This document shows positions 24,305 through 35,949 of a DNA stretch of 64,000 nucleotides, one piece after another; within the stretch, counting starts at the first letter, position 1; every line of letters starts with the position of its first letter. The stretch comes from Geosiphon pyriformis uo1. Taxonomy: Eukaryota; Fungi; Glomeromycota. The notes under the pieces are model-generated. The model was not told the origin of the DNA and did no database searches. It worked only from the letters and a program-made list of their open reading frames with translations. The stretch lies in assembly GCA_016748015.1 (NCBI GenBank), contig JAAOMT010000128.1:1247538-1311537 (forward strand). The letters are read 5' to 3'. Position numbers and translations under genes: made by a program.

Positions 24305-25610
24305 ATGTTGGGACTAACAGCAACACCATCACCATTACGACCCTTACGAGCTTCAAAAATTATTTTTTTGACTGGTAGGGTGTCACGGGCTGCAGTTTCC
24401 TCTTTCTCGACAACTTCTGCTGCTCAGAAACATGTTTTGCCAGACCTCCCATATGATTACAATGTAATTATTTTGCATACTGCATTTGCTTCAATATTTC
24501 AACTAGCCATTATCTAAGCCTTCACAATTCTTTTTCCATTTAAAACTGGCTCTTTCAACAAATTGCGTTCAAAGGCTCTTGAGCCTGTTATTTCCGCGGA
24601 CATCATGAAAATCCATCATGAAAAGCATCATCAGACATATGTGAATGGGTTGAATGTGGCAGAAGAGAAGCATCAACAAGCAATGCATGATAAAGATGTA
24701 GCCGCCCAGATTGCTTTACACCCTGCGTTAAGGTTTAATGGTGGAGGTAAGCTCAAAAAATCAATAAATAAACATATTTCAAGTATATTTTATTATCTCT
24801 CAGGTGATCATTTCGGAAAAATCTCATTAATAGTAAATTTATAACTAATCAGGACACATCAACCATTCGTTATTTTGGAAGAACCTTGCACCCATCAAGC
24901 TAGGAGGTGGTGAGCCACCGAAAGGTAACTTAAAAATATTTTGCCATCTTTAACGGTAATCGTGATAAAACTATTTCATTGTGGAGATATATATCGGGGA
25001 AAAAGGTGCCCTTCTAAGTGCAATTCAAAAAGAATTTGGGTCACTTGATGACTTTATCACCAAATTTAATGTGACAACGGCCGCTATTCAAGGTAAAAAA
25101 TTTTGTAAATTTGTATGTAAAATGGTTTTCTTTAGATGATTTATGATCTTGCTATTTTTATCAAGGTTCGGGTTGGGGTTGGTTGGTAAGTTTGAACAAT
25201 GTTTTCATTTAAAATCCCGAACCATAAGTAATGTTTTACCTTTTCGCCTCTAGGGCTATAATAAAAACGCCAAACGCATCGAGATTATCACTTTGCCTAA
25301 TCAAGATCCTTTAACTTGTGAGTGCTGATTTGCCCTATACACTCAGAATTTAAATTCATTTTTATTATTCCACTGAATTATATTCGATAACTTGGGAATT
25401 TAGCACATGTACCGCTCCTTGGGATTGATGTTTGGGAACACGTAAGTCTCTCAACATTTTTAAAAATCTTAAGTGTACACGAATTTGATTGAAATTCTTT
25501 TTTAGGCGTACTACCTACAATACAAGAATGCCCGACCGGATTACTTGAAAGCTATATGGGACGTGGTAAATTGGAAGGCTGTTGCCGAGCGATTTGCCAA
25601 AGCTCAATAA
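24305..25610 (+). CDS. SOD2: Mitochondrial Mn superoxide dismutase, 8 exons
   Basis: Arg/Ser-rich presequence, [70 protein letters not shown] introns; TAA at 25608-25610. Confidence 0.97.
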
Positions 25611-26444
25611 TTTTGTTGCATAGATCGAGTATGGATGATGTAAAAGCAAATAACTGCCAATAGATTGTACTGATCCTAATTATGCCCTAATGGTTCATAG
25701 AATGAGAAATAATTCTCATAAAGAACAAAACATTTAAATTATAAAAGTGCCTTACAAAGGCAAAGTCGAAAAAATTATGCATTCCGAGAAAAATTTTGCG
25801 CCACGACCACCAATTATTTACGAGAAATTTAAGTGGACAATTGTGTATGATAGATATACCCTTCAAACTGGAGCCAAAGAAATGGAATAATAACTGCCAG
25901 TTAACTTGATCACCCGAGATTTTGAAAATTTTAGAATTAATCATGTATTTTTTTTTTTGGGAAATTTGAGCATTTTTAAACGTGGAATTATAGCAAGAAA
26001 GGGATGAGATTAAATGGAGGTATTTATAGCGAATTTTAGGGTTAGGGTAAAAAGCTAATGTCTGAGAAGCGTCATTATGTAAACCACTATTGACTGAAAA
26101 GTTGTTCCGTCACAATGAAAAAATACCAACAGAATTCCTTTTAGGATTGTATATATTATTTACTTTGTAAGGGTAAAGAAGTACACACCACCCGTCAAGA
26201 AAAGTATTAAGCTACCAAACATGTTTTGAAGAGTCCTTGTTGATATTAAATCTAATCATGCCATTTTTTTAGTACCCAAAAAAGGGGAAATTCAAGAATT
26301 TCACCATAAGTTGGTTTAATGATGAGCATGGCTTTTACTCATTGAATCACTAGGAGAAAAGTAAAACAATCCATGATTTTGCTTAATGTAAATAAAGTCC
26401 AATCATTCGTTCCCTAATAGACAAGACTCTAAAAGTATCAACTT

Positions 26445-28084
26445 TTACACTTGATTATCCGCATTTTGTGTGAATCGATCAGCTGTTTGTGACCCACCCG
26501 TACCACCACTGCTTCCTTCACCACTATTTCCAGCAGCACTATTATCTCCATTATCGAGGTTTTCATTCCCAGCGTTTTTTCCTTTCTTTTGACTTGCCAT
26601 TTCAACAACATCTACGCGACACATTGGACACTGCCTGTTTAAACGCAACCATACATCCACGCATTCCTTATGGAAATGGTGGGAACACCATAAATGTCTC
26701 AAATCTTCACCATCTTCATAAGAAGCCAAACAAATACAGCAAGCCGCGTCCTCTTTATTATCGATGGTGAGGAATTGCGGAACGGTAGGTGATGTTTGTA
26801 TAGATTGTTTTTCTTTTTTCCCAAATTTAAATTTGTATTTTGATGATTTTTGCGGTAATGGCGGCGATTGTAGTGATTCATTAGTTTTGCCAGTATCAGC
26901 TATTACATCATATGAAACTGTTGAATCGGAAGACTTGAATTTGACCAGTGGTATTTTTGCAATGATGTCCTCGCTAGCCCCACTTTTGCCACCTGCTTCA
27001 CTCACATGCAAAACTCTCATAGCAACTAAGACGCATGGCAAACAAAATATCACTGCAAGACATAATAGTATGGGTATTGTGATAATTATGTAACCTAAAA
27101 TGACCCAGGTGAGAGAAAGATAGAAAATCGAAGGTGCTGTGGTTTGGCATGTATTGGTGGTAAATAAAAGGTAGTTGCCAATAATAAACCATAAAGTGGC
27201 AAATAAATCAAGAAACGATTTCAGGCTGGAGTCCGAGTAGAGAAATAGATTTCAAAAATCAGTTCAAGGCTAATTTGAAAAAACGCAATTCTGCAATGGA
27301 TTCACTTACCGGTCAACCCAGCCATCCCTCCTTCTTTCATTTTCTGACTGAGTTTGCCCATTGGTTAATCTATTTTCTCTAGGGTTCAAATACAAATACA
27401 CATTAACCGGACAAGCGAGCAGCACCCGAACAATATACAATTCAAGGAACAGTCGAAGCGGCTTATCACATTCCATGTTACGAGAGGTAACTAGTACTGC
27501 TACTGTGACAACGACCTATAATTTTTAAAAATGTAGAAATTCTAATTAAAAGACTTGAAACTTTAATATGCTGGTTGAAAGTTTCCAGAATTCAAAAAAA
27601 AATTCATGAGCGATATTCGAAAATAAAAAGCATCCAGAAAGTTTCTGACCCACTTCTAGAATAAAAATCTCACACATTCAAAAGTATTTGAAATAAAAGA
27701 TTCACCACTTACTTGTATGAGCACCATCGTTAATGAAAGTATTAGTAAAACTTTTGATGTCCGTGAAGCTGACCTAAAATTTTCTATGATATAACTTAAC
27801 CAGTTTTGTCTCACTCGTCTCGAACCTGCGGCGGAGACCCTTACCGAGGTTGTAGCAAGTGTAGAAGTTGGAGCGTTTGACAGAACTGTCGAAATAACTG
27901 CAGAAGTCTGACCTCCAGAGCGAGAAGATGTTTGGTTTTGTACATTAGTGTTATTGTTGTTATTGTACTCATTCCTGCTTGTTGAACCGCTTCTGTTTAC
28001 AGTGGGGGATGTTGTGAGGGTAAGTGATGGGGACTTCGATCCTTCATCAGCATTTCTTGAGGTTTCACTTGACTTGGTAGCCAT
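26445..28084 (-). CDS. Multi-pass membrane RING-H2 E3 ubiquitin ligase, 3 exons (28084-27713, 27515-27310, 27225-26445)
   Basis: TM segments with CDKPLRLFL, WFIIGNY, AVIFCLPC. C-terminal RING-H2 CCICLASY..LWCSHHFHKECVDVWL..CPMC. Splice phases are consistent. Confidence 0.92.
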
Positions 28085-29387
28085 GATAGGACTATATTGG
28101 GCGGAGTAGAGTCAATTCAGTTGAAAAGCTCCGTCTTTTAAAGCTTGTGAGATTTCAGATAGGCACCTGTTTAATATTTTAAAAAGTTCACAGGGAGATT
28201 TCGTTCCTTTTCGCCGAGAGTTTACATCAACAAAAAGTTTAGCAATAAGAAAAAACAACTGGGCCTTTACGTAGATTTTAAAACTTGATTTTATGATTGA
28301 CTTACAATTAAAAAAGTATGCGGGGAAGTGATATGCTAATATATGAAGAATGTGTTTATGCAAGTATAAAAAGTTATGTTCAAACTTTTGGTTTTATGCT
28401 GGAACACACTTTAGGAAACCCCTACAAATTTAACTGCAAACCCAACTACAAACCCGAAAAGAGTAGGCCTTTGCAAGCCAAAGAAACGATAAAAAGGCCG
28501 TTTACATATGCAAAGAGTAGGATATAAATCAATTAATGTCATATCAGGAATAAAGTTCACACTGAACTATAATAGAAATTTTTGCTCCGTAATGTGTATC
28601 TAGGTATGATAATAAGCCAATAAAATAGAGTAAAATAAAATAAACTAAAATAAAATAAAATATTTCAACATAGTTTTGTCAAAATAACTTAAATGTGAAA
28701 ATAAGGTCTCTAACTCGGCGAGGTGTTTTTCCACGTATAATAATCGGATCACTGGTTAATTTTTTGAGATGACAATGTTGTGATTAACATTAGATTTATC
28801 CCAATAAATGCTAACAGATGTAGAACGTGGTTAAAGTACTGCCTAATTGGTCAAAGTTCGAAACTAAACCAAATGGAGATTTGATCGGATAATATTTTGA
28901 GGCTGAGAATTATTATTATTATTATTATTATTATAAATTAAAATTTACGAAAATTTATTTCAAATGATATCATTTTTTTATTATATATTCCCATGTTTTA
29001 CTATTTAACTTTAACAATTATCTTTGAAGGTTTGAAAACAATTATGTGACTTTTTTGAATAAATTAAATAGTAATTAATATTTATTTTTTATTAGTAAAT
29101 AAAATAAATTTTTTTCACAAATTTTGTGATTGTCTTGAAAATTGAGTAAAAACCATTTAATTTTTTTTATTTATATAACATAAAAAAACTTTTGCAATTT
29201 TGAGTAATAAAAATCCAAAGTAGTATAGTTAATTTTAATTAATGATATATGTATTTCAAAATTTTATTTATTTTTCATAAATTTAGAATAGGTTGCAAAA
29301 ATTATCTAAAAAATAATTTTTATTTTTATATAATCAATAATTATTTAAATAATATATATACAAAATTTATTATTAAAATTTTAATTG

Positions 29388-29712
29388 TATAAGGGTTGGT
29401 ATACCGACGCGATCGACAAATTCGAGAACTCTAAAGAGATCAATGAAAAAATTTTTCAGTTAATTAGGCATTTTGTGTCTTTGCATCATGAAAGGATTTA
29501 GATTTCGAGAGCGATACACCACACCGCCTCGGGACGACATAGATCTCCCGATGTATTTTAAAAAAATGTTGCATGTGGCTAGATCATTAGACATAGTTTC
29601 GAGTAGTCTTAATCTGCTTGGGTGGCTGGTCATGCGTAATTTGTTGTGCGATCCACATCTAATGTGATAATAGTTGGTGGTTAGACTATACCGTGTATAC
29701 GATAAATAAAAA
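29388..29712 (+). mobile_element. Short CpG-rich element ending in a LINE-type 3' UTR (candidate SINE or 5'-truncated LINE relative)
   Basis: GCTTGGGTGGCTGGTCATGCGTAA matches the LINE B 3' UTR GCTCGAGTGGCTGGTCATGTATAA (20/24, all transitions). Weaker similarity continues to an A-rich tail. Embedded in an extremely AT-rich desert. Confidence 0.6.
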
Positions 29713-31102
29713 TTATAATAAAAAATTCAATGTAATTTTTTTAATTTATTTAATATATTTTAAAAAATATTATTTTGTTCTTTTTCATGAATTTTTTATT
29801 TACTAATAAAACTAATTTACAATAGTTTACAAATGTAACTAAATGCTATAATAAATTATGTATTATTCCAAACTATATAATGATAAAAAATCTATTAAAA
29901 TTTTTATAAAATTAATAAATGTTAAAACTTGAAATAATATTATTTAAAAAATATATAAAAAAAAAGTTTATTTTTTCAAAAAATGTATTTTAAAATAGCT
30001 AAAAACAAGTTTATTAGATAAAATATTTTTTTGTTTAAAATATAATCAATAAAAAAATAAAATTTCTTTTAAAATATATCTTATCACATTATAAACTAAT
30101 AACTGCAAAGTGATTAAATTACTAATTTAGTTGAAATTGAGTTTTTTTTTTAATTTTTTCATAATTACTATATAAATTAACTTTTTATTTTAAAAAAACA
30201 AATATATTATTATTAACATTATATTGAAAATTAAAAAACAAAAAAAACACTTATTATAATAAACATTTTTAATAAAAATAATGTTTAAAATTGGAACCAC
30301 TTTTTTATAAATAAATAAATTTTAAAAAAATAATTATTAAAAAATTTTTTAACATGATTTTTAGTATTTATTATTTTTATAAAACAATATAACTTAATTT
30401 AAAAACGATTTATTTTTTTAATATTATATTACTAAAAAGTTGAAAAAATTGGTTTTGAATATTGTTTCACAATTCAGTTTTTGGGATTAGAGAAATTTTA
30501 CACAAGTAATGTTTAATATAATACTCTTAGTATTACAAAGCTTTGATTCAATTTTTTGTGTAACTGGTTAGTGTAGTCTTAACTGGTCCGAATAGTTTCT
30601 AATATGTAATATATATTCTTTGTTATATTCTTTTATTATTAAATATATTATTACCAAAAGTATTTTTTTCTAATAGTTAATATTAGTTTTAATAACAAAT
30701 ATAATAAAATGTTTTTGGTAAATATTTAAAAATTTATTGTTTCAATGTTAAAGATTAATTGTTTTAACATAATTAATAATAATAATAATAATAATTTTAG
30801 TACAAAAATAAATAAAGAATAATAAAAAAATTAATTTTGAAATCGGATAAAATTTTTTTTGAATATTAATGAATTTCAACAAAATTTAATTATTTTTTTT
30901 TTATTTCAAGCTTTTAACTGATATTATTGTAAATAAATAAAATTATTTTCAATTAAATTAATTTTAATAATAAATAATCAAAATAATCATTAAATTAATA
31001 ACATACTACTTATTTTAATTAATATTTAAAACAAACACAAAAAAAGCTATTTACATAAAAATAATTATAAATATACCGATTATCCATTATTATAAATTCA
31101 TG

Positions 31103-31141
<39 letters not shown>

Positions 31142-31455
31142 TCATAAAAAATCAATAATCATTCTTAAATATTTAATTGATAAAATACTTAAGTGAACAC
31201 AATTTATGTAATGCTTATTTATTTATTACATGATTACAACTTCAAATTATATAAATATGGTTAATTTACAACTTATGTAATAATTATTTGATACATTCAA
31301 AATCTTTATTTTTCTAATTGCGGTTTTTGAAAAATTTATTAATTATATTCTTATTTAAAACCTTTAACAAATTGATAAGTCAATAAATTGTAATGTTTTA
31401 GCAAAAAATGAAATTTTAAAACTAAAACAAAACATATTAAATAACTCCGTGTTTC

Positions 31456-31486
<31 letters not shown>
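31103..31486. repeat. (ATT/TAA)n microsatellites in an AT desert
   Basis: (ATT)~13 at 31103-31140 and (TAA)10 at 31457-31486. Others at ~28909-28934 and ~30775-30793. Confidence 0.85.
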
Positions 31487-31489
<3 letters not shown>

Positions 31490-33136
31490 TGGTTGCAATC
31501 AGTTGTGATACTTTTTTATATAGGTTAAAAACAGTTGTGATGCCCATTTTTTATTCAAATTTTAAAATATTTCCAAGAAAAAGAGATGATATTTAAAGAC
31601 CTCAAACAAAAAATTCAAAGAAAGAAAACATTTCAAAAACTATAACAAAATGTTTAAGCCAAAATATATTTTTTTTGCAAAAAACTGATCAACATAAACA
31701 CCGTTTTCTAATTGAATGAAAGGTTAGTTTACCCCCCCCCCCCCCCTCCCAATCTGTACACAATTCCCCTTAATTAATCCAGAAAACATTCTACAACAAA
31801 ACTATTATAAAGCTTTAACTAGAAAAAACCAGCTAAAGAAGGCTTCAAAACCAGTTTTTTTCTTCAGGACACACATAATTATATAATTTTTACTTGATGG
31901 CTGGCAAAAGCTTTTCCTAATAAACTTGGGTGCATAGAACAATAAAAAAATTTCATATCAAATTATGGTATCGTGGAATTGTCATCCTAAATGTTGAGTC
32001 ACCTAACAGTTCATTTCACATAAGCTGAATGAAAAACACTGAAAACCTTATCGTTATATTATAATTAACTGAGCAATTCGATAATTCAAGAATGAATTGA
32101 CAAGACACGAGTAAGGTAAAATGATTTGATAAGAGTATTAAGGTTTTTTCTTAATCTTTAAACTCGTCAAACCGTCATTTCTCAAAACCTTTATCATTGG
32201 TTTGACTTAACAAAATTTGGTTTTAATATCGAATACTCAATATCCTACACACAAACTTTCAAAACTAAACTCAAATAACCAGGAGAATATTGTTAGTAAG
32301 AATTCATATTTTTGTATCTTTGTATAGGCTAGCAATTAAATACATATGTACAGGTTAAATCTAATCAAAGAGAAGATAAAAAAACAGGGATCTAAGGAAA
32401 CTAAACAAAAATAATTTATAGCATCCAATTTTTTTAAAGGAAGAATTACTCCCCACACCTTGCATAGAAACTAATTTTAGCACTAGGCTCACTAGGACTT
32501 TACAAACCACCAATGGGTCCAAGCCATGTGTTATTTTCTCAGTTTCTAAAAAACTAGTTTAGATTTGTTCCCTCGCTTCCTTAACAACCATTTTTCTATG
32601 AGAGTTAAGACACGAAACACCCAGGATATAATAACTTTTAACCTAAAATTTATTTACAAAATCATATTCCTTTACTTCTACTGCGTGGATTTAAAACAAA
32701 AACGTCAAGTAAACAAATAAAGAGCTAAAAATTATAATAGTAGAGAATGTTAGATGTTTCAAGGTTTGAGGTAAATTTTCAAAGGCATGAACGGATGATC
32801 AAGGTTCAGCATTTTGATTGGTGTTTTGTCAAAAAGACTTGATATCAATAATTCAGGTAGTGTGAAAAATTAACAATCATCCGATTTAATGGATAAACGT
32901 GTAAAAAATGGAGCTTTAATCATTAATAAAAACTACGTTTTTTTTTGTTAACGTGTAGCCACGTTAGTCTTTTTAATAAAATATATAATATTCCTATTAT
33001 AAGAGAAAAAACAAATAAAATTTTTCGGTGAAATCCTGTTTGAAAATTAAAACTTTATTATCAAAAAAAACTATAATATACATGAAAAAAAAAATATAAA
33101 ATTGATGAAGCTAACGAAAAAATTTAATGTGTACGT

Positions 33137-34003
33137 TTATTTATCATATTTGAGACCAAGTGCGTAATGGCGAGGAGACGATCGCTGAATTTGATCAAGA
33201 TGTGCGAAAGGAGTTCGGAGTGCCAGTGGCTGGATCGCCATTGTTAATGGCATCGGCGGCAAAATTACCTCAGGCTCATACGCGTTTTCATTTGAGCCTG
33301 CCGTTAATGCCATCAATATGCTAGCAGCTTTTACAGTATTTGGGGAGGAGATAGAGTTGGCCGACCGTTCTTGTTCTTTCTTTCTGGCGCGTTGCTTTTG
33401 AGCCCATCTTTAATTGAAAAATGAATATAAGTAATTATTGTCAAATCAACATGTATTTGGAGAAGAAACAATGACCTAGAAACAGATTAATGCCTACCTT
33501 CTTTTTGATTCTAGTGTTCGTTGGTGGCGCTCTTCATCATTTTTGGGACGATTCGGATTATTATCCCAACGAGTCCCTCGTGGCAACGTGAGGCCATGTT
33601 TCTCTTTAAGATGACGGCGGAGTATCGATTGGGCATTTTTGCCATGATAAACTCGTTTGCAAGTTTCGACAGGACAAATTTTAGTGATTGAGTTAGGATT
33701 TTCATTATTTGAGACGTCTACTACCGAGGAAACGCGTTTTCTCGTCGTTGAGTGAGAGCGAGGTTGGGCGTTCACAGGACTCAAATAACCTCGTGGTTTT
33801 CGTTCCATATCTTTAAAAGTATCGGCTTCTAAAAGATTGGTTATATTCATATTCCTATTTCTAGGTGGTGTACAAGTATTTTTGCTAATTTGAACCAGCT
33901 GTAGTTGAAGTTGGTATTCTTCGAAAGGTAAATCGGTAAGGTCAAGTCCCTGAGGCAAGACGTAGTTGGCTTGGGGGACGTGGAGAAAAGTGTAGTCACT
34001 CAT
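33137..34003 (-). CDS. Small C2H2 zinc-finger and basic-helix protein (putative transcription factor), 2 exons (34003-33498, 33407-33137)
   Basis: CPVETC-x15-HLKEKH followed by ERHQRTLESKRRWAQKQRARKK. A 90-nt GT-AG intron keeps the frame to TAA at 33139-33137. Confidence 0.8.
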
Positions 34004-34377
34004 TTGTGGGAAACGATAAGTTAAAAGTGACTTTAAAGGTGAAAAATAAAATTGGTTTCCTTTTGAAGGGAATCTTTGGAAGTTTGTCTCGCGTTTAAAG
34101 ATTTCTCGCAACACAATTATTATCAGAGTTAAAAGTTCCGAGGGAAGTATATGGTTATTTATTTTCACGTTAATGAATAGAGGTTGAAACAAGTAAAAAA
34201 TAAATTTGAAGCGTTCGTTCAACAGAAAAGTGATATGGTAAATTAAAATGAAGACAAATAGACCATTTTTCTTGGGTAGAGTGAAAGAAAATGGATCAAG
34301 TAGCGAAATCAATTGAACCTCTGCAAATAATTATTTTAAAAGATTTTAATCGGTCTACCAGTGACCACCCTGGTTTT

Positions 34378-34473
34378 ACGCGTTCTTCCGTTTTCCCCCG
34401 GCATGTGGACGCGTCGAAGTCGAGACGCGTTAGAGGATTAATTGGAAAATCTAAGTAACATTAATACGCGCGT
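34378..34473. promoter_or_regulatory. Cluster of MluI/MCB boxes upstream of the C2H2 gene
   Basis: ACGCGT at 34378, 34409 and 34425, and ACGCGCGT at 34466, all within 96 bp. Confidence 0.65.
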
Positions 34474-34659
34474 CACATTTTCTGAGACGATCTCACGCAA
34501 TGAAAAATGAAGAATCATTGGTCAGGATCCATCATCCAATAATCATTTAGAATCTGTAATGATGACTTCTACATCTCGATTGAACATTTAATACTAAAAC
34601 TACTTAAAATTAATAATATGAATAAAAATCCAAAGATTAAGAAATGAAAAATTGATGCA

Positions 34660-35594
34660 TCACTCTTTCCCCAAGTACTTTCTGGCAATAAACCTAACAC
34701 GAGCGTCAAATGCTGGGGAAGTGATGGGTAGATTGACCTCGTAAAACGGATTCAATAGAATCTATTAAAAAAAATATATATATATTTCTCTCAATTACCA
34801 AAAAGACATGATAGGGTCTCAAAATAAAATTTTGAATTTACCTTGATATAAACTTCATAACATTCACTAAAGAAGTTCTTGATGGGACCATCATCCCGCT
34901 GCGACTCATGTAAGAGCATGAACTTTATATCTTTTAAAAATAATTCACATGATTGTAGTATTTGATAATATGCTTTTATAGGATTGAATATTGTTGATAT
35001 ATCGATTGAAAAGGATACTTCCAGCGGTGACATGAGCCGATATATGCCATTCATTAAATTTATCCACATGCTTTATGTACCTTTAAGGATTTGAATTTGA
35101 TTTACACACTTTAGATCCGTGGCTGAATTCAGGTAATATTATCTTAAAAAAAAAAAAGATATCACGAATTCAAAATTCCAATAATTACATAGTATTAGTC
35201 TGCCATTGCAACTCTTCCACGAGATCCAATGCGGAGTGTACAATGAATTGGTTAAGATGTCGGTGCTCATCTTTCTACTAATATACATATATTCAATTTG
35301 ATTGATTTGTGAAAATAGCATTATTTTGGTTTTCTTTTGGATAAAATTCTTTTCGAAAAGGCATAATAATTCGAGTACACTGAATAAATCTAATTTTCGA
35401 CGCACCATACGATATTTTGCCGCAACATGAATTTTTGAGACACATATTACTCAGATAAATGATCCTTATCAGATATATTCATTCAATGAAAGAAAATACG
35501 AAACCTTAACAATTCCCTCTACACCCTTTGAGCCAAATTCAGCTTCATAAAGGGGATTATCTTTTGTTCCGACTATTGCAAAATAGAAAGACAT
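34660..35594 (-). CDS. TRS20: TRAPP subunit Trs20 / sedlin (TRAPPC2), 5 exons
   Basis: Manual splicing gives [21 protein letters not shown]..|[24 protein letters not shown]..|[20 protein letters not shown]|[23 protein letters not shown]|[28 protein letters not shown]. Mostly missed by the ORF track. Confidence 0.95.
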
Positions 35595-35949
35595 TATAGC
35601 GAATTAATTAAGCTCCAATTTTCCCAGTGTTTTGGCCACAAAAATTCACATTTTATAGTGATTTGCGGGCTGCGGTTAGCAAAAATCTTGATCCAAGTAA
35701 ACAATGGGATCAATTTTTTAAATGTTTGTTTATTCTATTAAAGGCCTGCATTAAAATTTTATGAAAATTGATTGTTTGCGTCATTAAAAAGATCTAAGTT
35801 TCAGGTCTTTTTTTGTTTTTTGACAGAAATGTAGAGTAAGTAATTTGGGGACCCGTAAATCGGGTTATGGTGACGTCACTAATCATAAAATTTCTCAACT
35901 TAAAAAATTTTGTAACTGACATCTGCAATAAAATTTACATGCCAGCAAA
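35595..35949. promoter_or_regulatory. Compact bidirectional promoter (TRS20/UTP13) with a CRE palindrome
   Basis: 355 bp between divergent ATGs. GTGACGTCAC at 35870-35879 and RRPE-like AAAATTTT motifs just upstream of UTP13. Confidence 0.5.

Noticed and set aside
26036-26047. TTAGGG x2 telomere-like motif
   Set aside because: Only two units, between convergent genes; compatible with chance.
29473-29667. 64-aa ORF in the CpG-rich island
   Set aside because: It has a TTG start and runs through the LINE-like 3' UTR motif. No hammerhead core or tRNA fold was found there either.
31732-31745. C14 tract (and G13 at 54386-54398)
   Set aside because: Simple homopolymers with no supporting context.
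34004-34312. N-terminal extension of ORF 33494-34312
   Set aside because: It starts at a non-ATG codon and the F/I/L-rich text reflects a T-rich 5' UTR. The ATG at 34003 is the plausible start.
35275-35504. Long first intron of TRS20 as a snoRNA host
   Set aside because: No canonical box C/D pair or H/ACA structure is visible.
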